Below, piece after piece: positions 39,993-50,328 of a stretch of 64,000 nucleotides of DNA. The position numbers and the translations under genes are program-made. The stretch covers positions 1,024,001 to 1,088,000 of the forward strand of contig CAVVLO010000002.1 in assembly GCA_963749155.1 (NCBI GenBank), in the 5' to 3' direction. This DNA is from an uncultured Armatimonadia bacterium (GTDB lineage: Bacteria > Armatimonadota > Zipacnadia > CAVVLO01). Below the pieces are notes generated by a model, which searched no databases, had not been told where the DNA came from, and saw nothing but the letters and a program-made list of their open reading frames with translations. How positions within the stretch are numbered: position 1 is the stretch's first letter; each line of letters opens with the position of its first letter.

Positions 39993-42900
39993 TCAGAACT
40001 GCTCTGACAGCGTGAAGGTAGCTTCAGTGTAACGGCTAGCCTGCTCTTCAAAAGCCTGGCTAACCTCCTCGGCCGAGAGAGCCCTTCGATAGAGTTTCAA
40101 CTCGTCCAGCAGGCCGATGTAAGGCTGCCAGTTGCCAGTTGAGAAAGTCTTGCCAGGCGTATCCAGGCTACCTGTGAAGTCGACGGGCAGCTCGTATTCA
40201 GAATCCAGCTTGCCGTTCAGGTAATACCTGACCTTGCCTTCGGCGCGACTTACTACTAGTGCAACGTGTGTCCAAGCGCCTTCCGGCAAGCTGCCCTGGC
40301 TATATGTTATGCCACCTGGACCACCGGCAGTGACCATCTCGAGGTTCAGTCGGCCATCGGCAAGCAGGTCCAGATTCCACCAGGTGGCGGGGTAGAGGCC
40401 CTTGTCAAGCACCCGGCGACGCTGATGCTGGGAGTCCACCCCAAGCTGTGTCGGAGCGAGCCATAATTCCAGTGTAAAATCCTCTGTTCCCAGATTCAGT
40501 ATCGGCCGGTCTGGCGCCTCGACAAGGGTCGAAGTGCCATCACAGAAAAGCGCGCTACCAAAAGTGCCTGTGGCGCGCAGTTCCCAGGCCAGCAGGCCCT
40601 CGTTGCCCTTACCAGAGGAATCGAGGACGATTTCGCCCTCTGGTTCATCGAACCGCCACCAGAGGGCCAGCTTGTCAGGACCCAGTTGAGGAGAGAGCTC
40701 TGCTGCTGGCTGGGTCACAGCCTGCAGTGCTGTCAAAGAACGCCCGGTAGCAAAATCTGGCGAGTCAGCCGGCCCGAGCAGCAGGTTGTCCAGGTAGAAG
40801 ACGGTTGCAGCCTCTGAAGTGCTTGAAATACCAAGCCAGGTTGGTTTCTCGAAAGCTTCATCACAGAAAGGCAGCTGCTCGAAGACCTGGTCCGGCTGCC
40901 CCGGTTCAAGCAGGCGCAAAGTAAAAGTCTTGAGCGCCCCTGGGCCTGTCTCGAAATCCACCTGAAGGGTGTACCAGACGCCAGGCTGAAGGGTAGCGAT
41001 GGGCTTCCCGCCTGTGCCGAGTCGCCCACCCACCGTCAAGGTGCCATCAGACCTGCCGGCGACACTTGGTCCTACCAGCAACGGGCCGCTCCATTCGCGC
41101 AGTTCGATATACCAGTCAGCAGGCGCCTCGGGAGAATTCATCACATCGACCGAGAGACGCTGCTTGCCCTCCGGCAGGTTGATTGAATAAAAAACATGCG
41201 GCTCCCAAGGCCTTAATAGTCCTGGCGCATCGGCGAAGCGCAGGCTATACCTGCCCAACGAGGCGGCCTCGAGACTTGCTCCAACGCTTGCGGGCGCCTC
41301 GGCGCTGGTCTGGGCAGTCGCTGGCTCCTCGCCCGGCTTCATCAACTCGAAGCCATCTACAAGGGGACGAATCTTCTTCTGATAAGAGAAGCTGACAGGC
41401 TCCTCGAGGGGCAACAGGCGATTCTCAAGTGGCCAGGAGGCCCGCTCAGGTGACTCATATACGCCCGCTTTGGCAAGTTCGTCGCTTACATCCACAAAGC
41501 CAAGCTCCCAGGCTGGCGAATCGGGCTGCAGCCGGCCATCATAAGCTTCTGCATCCAGGAGAAGGGGATTGGCTACCCGGGAGCCGATATCAAAGCCTGC
41601 CGCCTGCCAGTCCTCAAACGACGCAAACTTTGCGGTGGGGCTCATCTCGACTTCAACAGGCGCTCCTGCGTGCCAAATCAGGTTGTCTTCGAATACGACC
41701 TGACGGGGATCCCACTCTGGATGGCCCCACAATCCCTCGGCATAGAGCTGCCTGGCCGGATCGGTGAAGTAGAGGACATTGCGACGAATCTGGTTTGGTC
41801 CAACCTGATACTTGCCCTCGGGGTCGCTGTGCATGAAATAACCGAAGAAGACCATACAGTTGTAGAAAGCCATCGGCTTGCCGGTCTCGATAAAGAGGTT
41901 GTTCTCAACCACGTTGTCGGCGCCAAACTGGATGAACAGGCTGTTCGAGCCCGAGCCGGCTATCAGGTTGCCGTAGAGGGTGACTCCGCAGATAGAGCTG
42001 TCAAGATAGACACCCCAGGTGCAGAAGGGCGCCCCATAGCCCGTCGGTGGATAAGTGCAATGCGGATAGCTGCCATAACCTACGGTGTCGATCAGTTTGT
42101 TGAATCTGAGCACATTACCGACGTCCCGGACACCCAGTTCGGCGTTATGCTGGCGCAAGGAGATAGCTCCATCGTCCACCGTGCAGAGCATCGTGTGGCG
42201 GATAAGGTTGTATTCGGCCAGGTTGCGGGCGCCGTTGATGAAAAGCCCATCTCGAGGCGTGTCGTGGATCTCGCTATGACTGGCGATGTTGTCGTTGCCA
42301 AGCAGAGTGATGCCAGCGCACACCTTGTCGAACAGTCCATTGGAGTAGATGTGGTTGTTGTCCGCCACGTTGCCATCACCGCGCACCACGATGCCATCTC
42401 CACCCACCGAATGGATATCGTTGCCGGCGATGCGACACTCGTAGCAGGGATAACTGGTCACAAGGGCCCTGTCACCGGCGTGAAAGGGCTGGCTGGTGCG
42501 GCCGCGCTGGCGCCAGGGATTGCCGATGCCCTTGCTGGCGTTGCGAACAAAGCCAACGTTGACGCCGACACCCCCGATATTGGTGATGGTGTTGCCGATA
42601 ATCTCACAGTGGGTTGCGCCTTCGAGGCAGACGGCGTCCTGTTCTGCCCCTTCAAGCCCAAGCCCCTGCAAAGTGACATACTGGACAGGTTCCTCGGGGG
42701 TGCCTGACAGGCGGATCAGATTCTCGACAACCGGCACTTCAACTTCTCCATCGGCCACTTGCCCAGCCGGTGGGAGGAAGGCAAGCTCTCCGGTGCGGTA
42801 ATCCAGATACCACTCACCGGGTGCATCGAGCGCGCCCCGGATATTTTGGAGGAAATATCGGTTGGCTTCGTTGATCCAGCCTGCAACCGAGTATTTCAGC

Positions 42901-43595
42901 CTCAGATAGCGCTGCTCTGGCAGAACCTCGGCCAGGGGGCTAATGTTGTGATCCCAGCAGTTGTAAGGGTAGATATTAACTTCAGCTTGCGACAGGTCGT
43001 CCCAGTCCTCGAGGGGCACTTCGCCGTCGGCGTAATGAAATCCCTGCTGTTTGGGTGTGCCTGGCCGGTCGACGTAAAGGAAGCCCCCCGTCAGGGGATG
43101 TTCAGGATCCAGATTTGGGAACCGAGCTATTTGCTGCCGCTGCCCTCTGAAGAAGAGCTGCTGGGTGGCCATCCTCGCCTGACCCTTTTTTGAAAGCGAA
43201 GCCGTGAATACTCCGCCTTCGCCCTGTCGCCAGCCGTTTATCGAGATGGCGCCCGAGAAAACTGCTTTCTCGCCAGGATAAGAGCGCAGCACCACTGGCG
43301 CCTGGGCTGTGCCCGAATGTGCACTGGTGAGGGTCAGCGTCTTGTCTAGCCTGTAGGTCCCAGCGCGGAAGTATATGGTAACAGGTTCGCTGGGGCTTGA
43401 CCGGCGCAGGGCCTCCAGTACTGTTAGCGCTTGCCCAGGCGTCGCCAAAGGGCCATCGGTATCTGTTGGGGCTGGGAGCTTCCAGCTTGCCTGACCAGGT
43501 GTCATCACCGTTGGCGAGACATAGAGCCTGACTTCAGCCCGAAGTGGAGCAGTGAAGGCAAGGCAAAGTAGTGTGAGCGCAAGCAGTCTGGTCAC
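39993..43595 (-). CDS. Secreted right-handed beta-helix protein with a C-terminal LamG-like domain (putative polysaccharide-active enzyme)
   Basis: Signal peptide; DGPLAT, FRAGTYRL, ALDAPGEWY, Asn-ladder repeats; WTHVALV...YLNGKL...GLLDELKLYRRALS. Confidence 0.8.
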   Translation of the reverse strand: MTRLLALTLLCLAFTAPLRAEVRLYVSPTVMTPGQASWKLPAPTDTDGPLATPGQALTVLEALRRSSPSEPVTIYFRAGTYRLDKTLTLTSAHSGTAQAPVVLRSYPGEKAVFSGAISINGWRQGEGGVFTASLSKKGQARMATQQLFFRGQRQQIARFPNLDPEHPLTGGFLYVDRPGTPKQQGFHYADGEVPLEDWDDLSQAEVNIYPYNCWDHNISPLAEVLPEQRYLRLKYSVAGWINEANRYFLQNIRGALDAPGEWYLDYRTGELAFLPPAGQVADGEVEVPVVENLIRLSGTPEEPVQYVTLQGLGLEGAEQDAVCLEGATHCEIIGNTITNIGGVGVNVGFVRNASKGIGNPWRQRGRTSQPFHAGDRALVTSYPCYECRIAGNDIHSVGGDGIVVRGDGNVADNNHIYSNGLFDKVCAGITLLGNDNIASHSEIHDTPRDGLFINGARNLAEYNLIRHTMLCTVDDGAISLRQHNAELGVRDVGNVLRFNKLIDTVGYGSYPHCTYPPTGYGAPFCTWGVYLDSSICGVTLYGNLIAGSGSNSLFIQFGADNVVENNLFIETGKPMAFYNCMVFFGYFMHSDPEGKYQVGPNQIRRNVLYFTDPARQLYAEGLWGHPEWDPRQVVFEDNLIWHAGAPVEVEMSPTAKFASFEDWQAAGFDIGSRVANPLLLDAEAYDGRLQPDSPAWELGFVDVSDELAKAGVYESPERASWPLENRLLPLEEPVSFSYQKKIRPLVDGFELMKPGEEPATAQTSAEAPASVGASLEAASLGRYSLRFADAPGLLRPWEPHVFYSINLPEGKQRLSVDVMNSPEAPADWYIELREWSGPLLVGPSVAGRSDGTLTVGGRLGTGGKPIATLQPGVWYTLQVDFETGPGALKTFTLRLLEPGQPDQVFEQLPFCDEAFEKPTWLGISSTSEAATVFYLDNLLLGPADSPDFATGRSLTALQAVTQPAAELSPQLGPDKLALWWRFDEPEGEIVLDSSGKGNEGLLAWELRATGTFGSALFCDGTSTLVEAPDRPILNLGTEDFTLELWLAPTQLGVDSQHQRRRVLDKGLYPATWWNLDLLADGRLNLEMVTAGGPGGITYSQGSLPEGAWTHVALVVSRAEGKVRYYLNGKLDSEYELPVDFTGSLDTPGKTFSTGNWQPYIGLLDELKLYRRALSAEEVSQAFEEQASRYTEATFTLSEQF

Positions 43596-43629
43596 GGAGG
43601 CTCCCTCCCAACTCGTCTAGGCTTTACCG

Positions 43630-43700
43630 CTTCTGGAAAACCAGCCTGTTTCCTGCAGCCTGGGCTTGCAGGAGAGTGCCCTGCCCCGCGCCAATACTGC
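43630..43700. promoter_or_regulatory. Back-to-back sigma-H-like promoter candidates
   Basis: Plus strand GCAGGAGAG-N15-CAATACTGC (43668-43700); minus strand GCAGGA-N17-GAAG (43656-43630). Confidence 0.5.
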
Positions 43701-43727
43701 GGCACACCAAGCCTGGGAGGAATTCAG

Positions 43728-44777
43728 ATGGAGCCTCAATGGGACGTAGTAGCGGATCTGCAGCGCAAGTTCGCGGCGGTGCCCAGGCCGCTTGCTTTCA
43801 AGGGGAGCTCTCAGGCGGACTGGCAGGCCTGGCAAGAGGCGCTGTATGCGCGGCTGATGGAGTTGATGGCCCCCTGGCCTGAGCCTGTCGAGCCAGTCTT
43901 GCGCCCCCTTGGCGACCCGATTGACAAGCCTGGGCACATTGTCCAGCGAGTCGCATATACAGTGGAGGCAGGCCTTGAGGCCACTGCCTGGTTGCTCCAG
44001 CCGAAGCAACCGCGCCTTCTTGCTAGTGGCAAGTCACCGGCTGTCGCGGCGTTGCACGGGCACGGGGCTGGGGGCTCTCACAGTGTGGCCGGCAACCCCC
44101 TTGGCCTGCCAGGACTGGAAAGTGAGATAAATGGTCATAACTACGATTATGCCGCCCAGCTCGCTGACAGGGGATATTTCGTGCTGGCGCCCGATGCGCG
44201 GGGCTGGGGCGACCGAGGGCCCCTCTTCGCTGGCGCCTGGCCTGGTCGAGACGGCTGTAACGTCGCTCATATAATGGGTGAGCTGACCGGCTGGTGTCTG
44301 CAGACTCTCAACACCTCGGATGATATGCGCGCGCTGGACATCCTGGCGGCGCTGCCCGAAGTTGATGGCGAAGCACTAGGCGCACTTGGACTTTCCTTCG
44401 GAGGCACCCGCACCCTCTACCTGGCTGCAACCGACAGGCGCGTGAAGTGCGCGGTGGTTGCCTGCTATCTAAGCCTGTGGTCCAGTTATGCCATCGGGAT
44501 GGGCAACTTCTGCGGTTCTCAGTATGTCCCAAAGCTGGGCGCCGAATGCGAGCTGCCTGACCTGTTTGGGCTGATTGCGCCTCGACCCTTATTGTGCGAG
44601 GTTGGAGAGAAGGACGACGGCTTTCCTGTCCAGGCGTCACTTGAGGCCTGGGCTCAGGTAGCACGCATCTACCAGGCAGCCGGCGTACCCGAAAAAGCAG
44701 CCCTCGACCTTTTTGATGGAGGCCATCAATTTAGCGGGAGGCTGGCTTTCGACTTCCTGGTCAGGTGGCTCGGGTAG
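43728..44777 (+). CDS. Alpha/beta hydrolase (dienelactone hydrolase/esterase-like)
   Basis: ALHGHG, nucleophile elbow GLSFGG, LIAPRPLL, GEKDD, GGHQF. Confidence 0.85.
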   Translation: MEPQWDVVADLQRKFAAVPRPLAFKGSSQADWQAWQEALYARLMELMAPWPEPVEPVLRPLGDPIDKPGHIVQRVAYTVEAGLEATAWLLQPKQPRLLASGKSPAVAALHGHGAGGSHSVAGNPLGLPGLESEINGHNYDYAAQLADRGYFVLAPDARGWGDRGPLFAGAWPGRDGCNVAHIMGELTGWCLQTLNTSDDMRALDILAALPEVDGEALGALGLSFGGTRTLYLAATDRRVKCAVVACYLSLWSSYAIGMGNFCGSQYVPKLGAECELPDLFGLIAPRPLLCEVGEKDDGFPVQASLEAWAQVARIYQAAGVPEKAALDLFDGGHQFSGRLAFDFLVRWLG

Positions 44778-44794
44778 TCGATTATGCTGTCTTC

Positions 44795-44805
44795 TGTGTG
44801 ATAAT
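44795..44805 (+). promoter_or_regulatory. Extended -10 promoter (TGTGtGATAAT)
   Basis: 34 nt upstream of the ATG at 44839. Confidence 0.5.
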
Positions 44806-44838
44806 ATGCAGCCCGTGGAAAATACCCTCCGAGGTTTT

Positions 44839-46242
44839 ATGCGCTTCAGCTCTGGGCTACAAGCGGTTGTACTAGTGCTGCTTGCAGTGCTGCCAGTTAT
44901 TTCGCTGGCGCAGGCGCCTCTTGCGGTTGAACCATCTTCTGATCTTCAGGAACAGTTGCTCTCCCAGGACGTGCTACTTACTTTTGATGAGCTGGAATGG
45001 GATCTCGACACTGACAGTGTAATCGCTACAGGCAACGTGCGCCTCGAAGCCGGGCCACTTGTGTTCACCTGTGATTTGGTTGAAGTGGCCGGAGATAACC
45101 TCCTCGAGAGTGGAAATTTTCTCTCAGCTGTTGGCCAGCAAGACGTCTCCTCTGGTAAGTCGAGTAAAAAGAAGGCAAGTAAAGCCCCTGGCGGATTGCC
45201 TTTTACCCTCTATATCAAAGCTGATGAGGTACGCCTGCTGGCCTCTGGAGCCGATATAACCCGGGCACGTCTAAGCACCTGCGATAAGGACCACCCTCAT
45301 TATTCCTTGTCTGCCAGAAGCCTGGAGATAAACTCTGATGGGCTGCTGGAGTTCAAAAAAATCGGTCTGGATCTCTACGGGGTGCGGCTACTTACTTACC
45401 CCCGTTATAGTTACACTCTCGGAGAGGGAGATGGCCAGGGGCTGACTTTACCCAACATCGGTTACTCCTCCAGTGAAGGGCCTTCGCTCTATTACAATCG
45501 CAGTATCGCACTGCCAGGCAGCGGCTTGTTCAGACTGGAGCCCAGATATGCGACGAAAAAGGGCCTTGGGGGCAAGGTTGGCCCCTGGTGGGAACTGAGC
45601 CCCAAACTCACTGTTGGCGTGCTCGCAACCAGTAATGAACCAGTTGGAGACGGGAGCGGGCAAACACTGTGGCTGTCGAGGCGTCCTGAGGCCAGCCTGA
45701 TTTGGGAGACAACGCTTGCGAGCCTGGACTGCACTCTGACCGCCACTAGTGGCCAACTCGTCGAACAGCAGGAGAAGACCGGCGATCTGATACATCGTTA
45801 TCGCAACTATCTGGGTTTGCGGGCTTCTCCTTACCAAGTTGCAGTTGGCCCGGATGCCAGATTTGCCCTTAAAGGTTCTGCCAATAAAGCCTGGTACAGC
45901 GGAGGCGACAGTTACAGTCGCTACTCCCTACAGGCTGGCCTCGAGCTGGCGACTAACGCCACCGATGTGCTGGAAGCGACCCTTCGGCGGAACTGGGATT
46001 CCGGAATCACTCCCTTCGAGTCGGATCGGCTGGATATCGAACAGGAGTTGGTCCTGGGTTATACGGTGGAGCCGCGCAGGCTCTGGGGTGGGCGCATCGT
46101 CTGGACTTATGATCTGGATGAGGGCAGCACGAACAACACCGATTATGAGTTGATGCGCAGAGAGCATTGCATCATATATTCACTTAAATACTCCACCAGG
46201 AACGACAGTATCTCCCTTGGGCTGACGCTACCCGGTTTCTGA
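44839..46242 (+). CDS. LptD-like LPS assembly outer-membrane protein
   Basis: ATGNVRL, ARLSTCDKDHPHYSLSA, PNIGYSSSEG, TPFESD, REHCIIY, C-terminal F. Confidence 0.75.
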   Translation: MRFSSGLQAVVLVLLAVLPVISLAQAPLAVEPSSDLQEQLLSQDVLLTFDELEWDLDTDSVIATGNVRLEAGPLVFTCDLVEVAGDNLLESGNFLSAVGQQDVSSGKSSKKKASKAPGGLPFTLYIKADEVRLLASGADITRARLSTCDKDHPHYSLSARSLEINSDGLLEFKKIGLDLYGVRLLTYPRYSYTLGEGDGQGLTLPNIGYSSSEGPSLYYNRSIALPGSGLFRLEPRYATKKGLGGKVGPWWELSPKLTVGVLATSNEPVGDGSGQTLWLSRRPEASLIWETTLASLDCTLTATSGQLVEQQEKTGDLIHRYRNYLGLRASPYQVAVGPDARFALKGSANKAWYSGGDSYSRYSLQAGLELATNATDVLEATLRRNWDSGITPFESDRLDIEQELVLGYTVEPRRLWGGRIVWTYDLDEGSTNNTDYELMRREHCIIYSLKYSTRNDSISLGLTLPGF

Positions 46243-46257
46243 GGCAGTGCGCCCCCC

Positions 46258-46268
46258 TGTGTTATAAT
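46258..46268 (+). promoter_or_regulatory. Extended -10 promoter (TGTGtTATAAT) for secA
   Basis: Perfect TRTGnTATAAT. Confidence 0.65.
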
Positions 46269-46315
46269 CTGGCCGAGTTTGGGCCTACTTCCGCAAGTCA
46301 TCAGGCGAGTAACTT

Positions 46316-49145
46316 ATGATCAACCTAATAAAAAGTGTGCTGGATCCAAATACCCGCGAGCTTACCCGGCTTTGGCGAGTCGCCGAGAAGGTGAAAACGC
46401 TTGCGGATGAGATGAAGGCTGCCTCTGATACCGAGCTTCGTCGCCGTTTCGACGAATATCGCACTCAAATACAGAGTGGCAAGCAGTCAGTGGACGAGGT
46501 AATGGCGCCAGTCTTCGCCCTGGTGCGCGAAGTCAGCGAGCGCAAAATTGGCCTTAGGCCTTTCGATGTACAGATAATTGGCGCCGCTGTCCTGCACAAG
46601 CATATGATAGCCGAGATGAAGACAGGTGAGGGCAAGACGCTGGTCGCAGTGCTGCCCCTCTGTCTTAATGCTATGGAAGGCCGCGGGGCCCATCTGGTTA
46701 CTACCAACGAATATCTGGCCCAGCACCATCGCGAATGGATGGGGCCGATCTATGATTTCCTGGGCTTGTCAGTAGGCGTCATCAGACACGATATGATGCC
46801 CGATGAGCGTCGCGAAGCTTATAACTGCGATATCACTTACGGTACCAACGCCGAGTTCGGTTTCGACTATCTGCGCGACAACCTGGCCGTCTCCCCCGAG
46901 CAACTGGTGCAGCGCGAGCTGCACTATGCCATCGTAGACGAGGTGGACAGCATCCTGGTGGACGAAGCCAGAACCCCGCTCATCCTCTCTGGCCCTTCAC
47001 GTGGTTCAGTCAAAGAATATATCGCCGCCGACCGCGTAGTGCGCAAGCTGAAAGAAGAACGAGACTATACAGTGGACGAGAAAGCCCGCACCGGGATGCT
47101 GACCGAAGAGGGCCAGGAACGCGTTGAACGCGAGCTTGGTATCGAGAACCTCTCCGATGCCGAACATATGGATTTGAACCACTACATCAACAATGCGCTC
47201 AAGGCTCATAGCATCTTCAAGCGCGATATAGACTATGTGGTGCAAGACAAAGAGATAGTCATTGTAGACGAGTTCACTGGCCGCCTGATGTTTGGCCGGC
47301 GCTATTCGGATGGCTTGCACCAGGCGATCGAGGCCAAGGAGAACGTCACCGTTCAACAGGAGAGCCAGACAGTCGCCTCTATTACGCTTCAGAATTTTTT
47401 CCGCCTTTATGGCAAGTTGTCTGGTATGACCGGCACAGCCAAGACAGAGGAAGCCGAGTTCCTCAAGATATATGGCACGCCAGTCGTAGTCATCCCCACC
47501 AACCGGCCTGTCGTCCGTAAAGACCATGCGGATGTAATCTACAAGTCGACCGAGGCCAAATATCGCGGCCTGATTGGCGAGGTGCTGGAAAGCCATCTCA
47601 AGGGCCAGCCGATGCTGATTGGTACCCGCTCTATTGAAGTTAACGAAAAGGTCAGTGGGCGCTTGCTGCCCGACAAGCTGGGGCTGCTGGTGCTGACCTG
47701 GCTTATCCGGGACAAGATGCGCCTGAAGAACAAAGAACTCTCCAAAGAAGACCAGCAACGCATCGAAGCCGCTCTTTTCGGCGACCTTGATCAACTCTCA
47801 AAGGGCACACTCAGGCCAATCTGCCGTGAGTTGGAGCTGGATCCAGAGGTCGATGCGCCAGCCAACCTGGCAAGACTGCAGGACCAACTCGGCTGGAATC
47901 AGGAGCAGGCAGAGCGCTTCGTCAGATTGCTGAGAGAAGGCATCCCCCACAATGTGCTAAACGCAAAGAACCACGCTCGCGAGGCGGAGATTATCGCCGA
48001 CGCAGGCAGGCCGTATGGTGTAACCGTAGCGACCAACATGGCAGGACGCGGCGTAGACATCGTGCTGGGCGGACAGGACCGCGAAGAAGAATCAGAGCTC
48101 CACGAAGAGCGCAGGCGCCAGGTTATCGAGGCGGGCGGGCTTTACGTGATGGGCTCAGAGCGTCATGAAAGCCGCCGAATTGACAACCAGCTCCGGGGCC
48201 GGAGTGGACGTCAAGGCGACCCAGGCGCCTCGAAATTCTTCGTCTCACTCGAGGACGAGTTGATGCGTCTGTTCGGTCCAGAGCGGTTTGGGTTCTTCCT
48301 CAACGCCTGGCCGGAAGATGAGCCGGTAGCAGCGAAAATTATCTCTCGCCAGCTCGAAGGCGCCCAGAAAAAAGTCGAAGCTCACAACTTCGACATCCGC
48401 AAGCAAGTGCTGCAGTACGACGATATTATGAACACCCAGCGCAAGGTCATCTATGGTGAGCGGCGCAAGGTGTTGATGGGTGAAGAATTCAAAGATGCTG
48501 TGCTCGAGATGATGGACGAGTTGATCGATGACGTCATCGAGCGGCACTGCAGCGACAAGCTTTCTCCTGAAGACCGGGACGTCGAAGCGGCCTACAGACT
48601 GCTTTGCGATATGTTCCCTATTGCACCGTTTATAAAAGAAGAAGACCTCGCCGCTCTGCAGCCCGAGGCGATGAAGGAATTCATCGAAGACAAGGTCTAC
48701 GAGCTTTATGAATTGCGCGAGCAGGAGCTGGGCGCGCCGCTTGCTCAGACACCTGGAACGGATGCTCATTTTGCAGCTTGTTCATGCCAAGTGGATAGAC
48801 CATCTCAAAGTGATGGATGACCTGCGCGAGGGGATTGGACTGCGCGGTTATGCCCAGGTAGATCCCTTTGTCGAATACAGCAAGGAAGCTCACGAGCTGT
48901 TTATGGACCTCTTGATGGCTATCCGCGAGGATGTAGTTAAGTACGTCTTCCGAGTGCAGGTCGAGCTCAGGCCTCAGGCCAAGGAAGCCGAAGCTGCCGA
49001 GGGTAATGTAGATGAGACAGGCTCACTAAAAGGCAGTGCATCCGGCGCCAGACGTCCCGTGCGAACAGGTGAGAAGATAGGCCGGAATGCCCCCTGCCCT
49101 TGTGGCAGTGGTAAAAAATACAAAAACTGCTGTATGCGTAAATAA
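46316..49145 (+). CDS. secA: Preprotein translocase subunit SecA; one extra base near 48740
   Basis: EMKTGEGKT, VDEVDSILVDEARTPLI, ATNMAGRG, SRRIDNQLRGRSGRQGDPG; the second frame carries WIDHL...LREGIGLRGY and the SEC-C motif GRNAPCPCGSGKKYKNCC. Confidence 0.97.
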
Positions 49146-49163
49146 TAGAAATGGGGTGGCGAC

Positions 49164-50304
49164 GTGCTGGATAGCGGCCTGGTAGCGAAGGCCAAAGCTC
49201 TCATACAACAGATCCTTGAAATGGGGGATCGTCTTTGACGTCGCTTCACTCGAAGCGCGCGAGCAGTCGTTGGTGGCAAAACAGGCAGAGCCAGGCTTCT
49301 GGGATGACCAGGAGGCGGCTCAGCAGGTCTTTAACGAGGTGCGTGACCTGAAGGATGTGCTCGAGCCCTACCAGGCGCTGCGCGCGCCTGCTGAAGAACT
49401 CGAGGCCCTGCTCGAACTGGTGGCCGAAGAAGCCGATCCTGAGCTCGAAGCCGAGTTTACCGGCCTGACCGAGCAGTTAAGTCGTGAGTATTCGGCCTTC
49501 AAAGCGGCAGCACAGCTTGGGGGCCCTTACGACAAGTTTCCCGCCCTGCTTTCCATAAATCCCGGCGCCGGTGGCACCGAAGCCCAGGACTGGGCCGAGC
49601 TGCTGCTGCGGATGTACCTGCGCTGGGGTGAGAAGAGTGGCAGGCAGGTGGAACTACTCGACAGGGAAGAAGGCGAAGGCGCTGGTATCAAATCAGCGAC
49701 TCTCCGCATCGCGGGTAAAGCCGCATACGGTTATCTGAAGGGCGAAGCGGGTGTACATCGGTTGGTGCGCATCTCTCCCTTTGACGCCAACAAGCGCCGC
49801 CATACCTCTTTTGCGGCAATTGAAGTATTGCCTGAACTCGATGATACCGTGCCTGTGGAGATCAAGCCCGAAGACTTGAAAATCGACACTTATCGCGCAG
49901 GGGGAGCCGGCGGCCAGAACGTCAACAAGGTCGAGACAGCCGTCCGGATAACTCACCTGGCCACCGGAATAATCGTCTCCTGCCAGAATGATCGTTCCCA
50001 GCTCAAGAACCGCGAAAGCGCGATGAAGGTGCTGAAAGCGAAACTTTTCGCACTGGAGCAGCAAAGACAGCGCGACGAGATCGATCAGATCAGAGGCGAG
50101 AAGTCCTCCATCGAGTGGGGTCAGCAGATTCGCTCATATGTTTTCCAGCCTTACACGATGGTGAAGGATCTGCGCACCGAAGCCGAAGTCTCGGATGTGC
50201 AAGCGGTAATGGACGGCGAGATCGATATTTTCCTGGCCTCCTGGCTCGAGCTCCAAGCTGATGAGTCGGCGCGCGCCGTGGCCGAAGGGTTGAAGCAAGA
50301 TTAA
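49164..50304 (+). CDS. prfB: Peptide chain release factor 2 with programmed +1 frameshift
   Basis: GTG 49164 reads MLDSG...EMGDRL to CTT TGA C (49233-49239) with an upstream GGGGG SD-like run; +1 frame has [14 protein letters not shown]. Confidence 0.97.
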
Positions 50305-50328
50305 CCTGCGCGGAGGAAGAGAGCCAAA

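Noticed and set aside
41670..42707. Long antisense ORFs (also 4189-5211, 23484-24512, 28383-29300, 57475-58509)
   Set aside because: Fully overlap well-supported genes on the opposite strand and show no recognisable motifs; expected in GC-rich DNA
43652..43672. Hairpin cctgcagcc-tg-ggcttgcagg as a terminator
   Set aside because: It lies between divergent genes and is better explained by two back-to-back GCAGGA elements
38721..44800. Genomic island integrated at tRNA-Leu
   Set aside because: No integrase and no duplicated tRNA 3' end found by eye
46316..49145. secA, yvcK and the other split genes as true pseudogenes
   Set aside because: Each has only one lesion with both halves intact, and secA is normally essential
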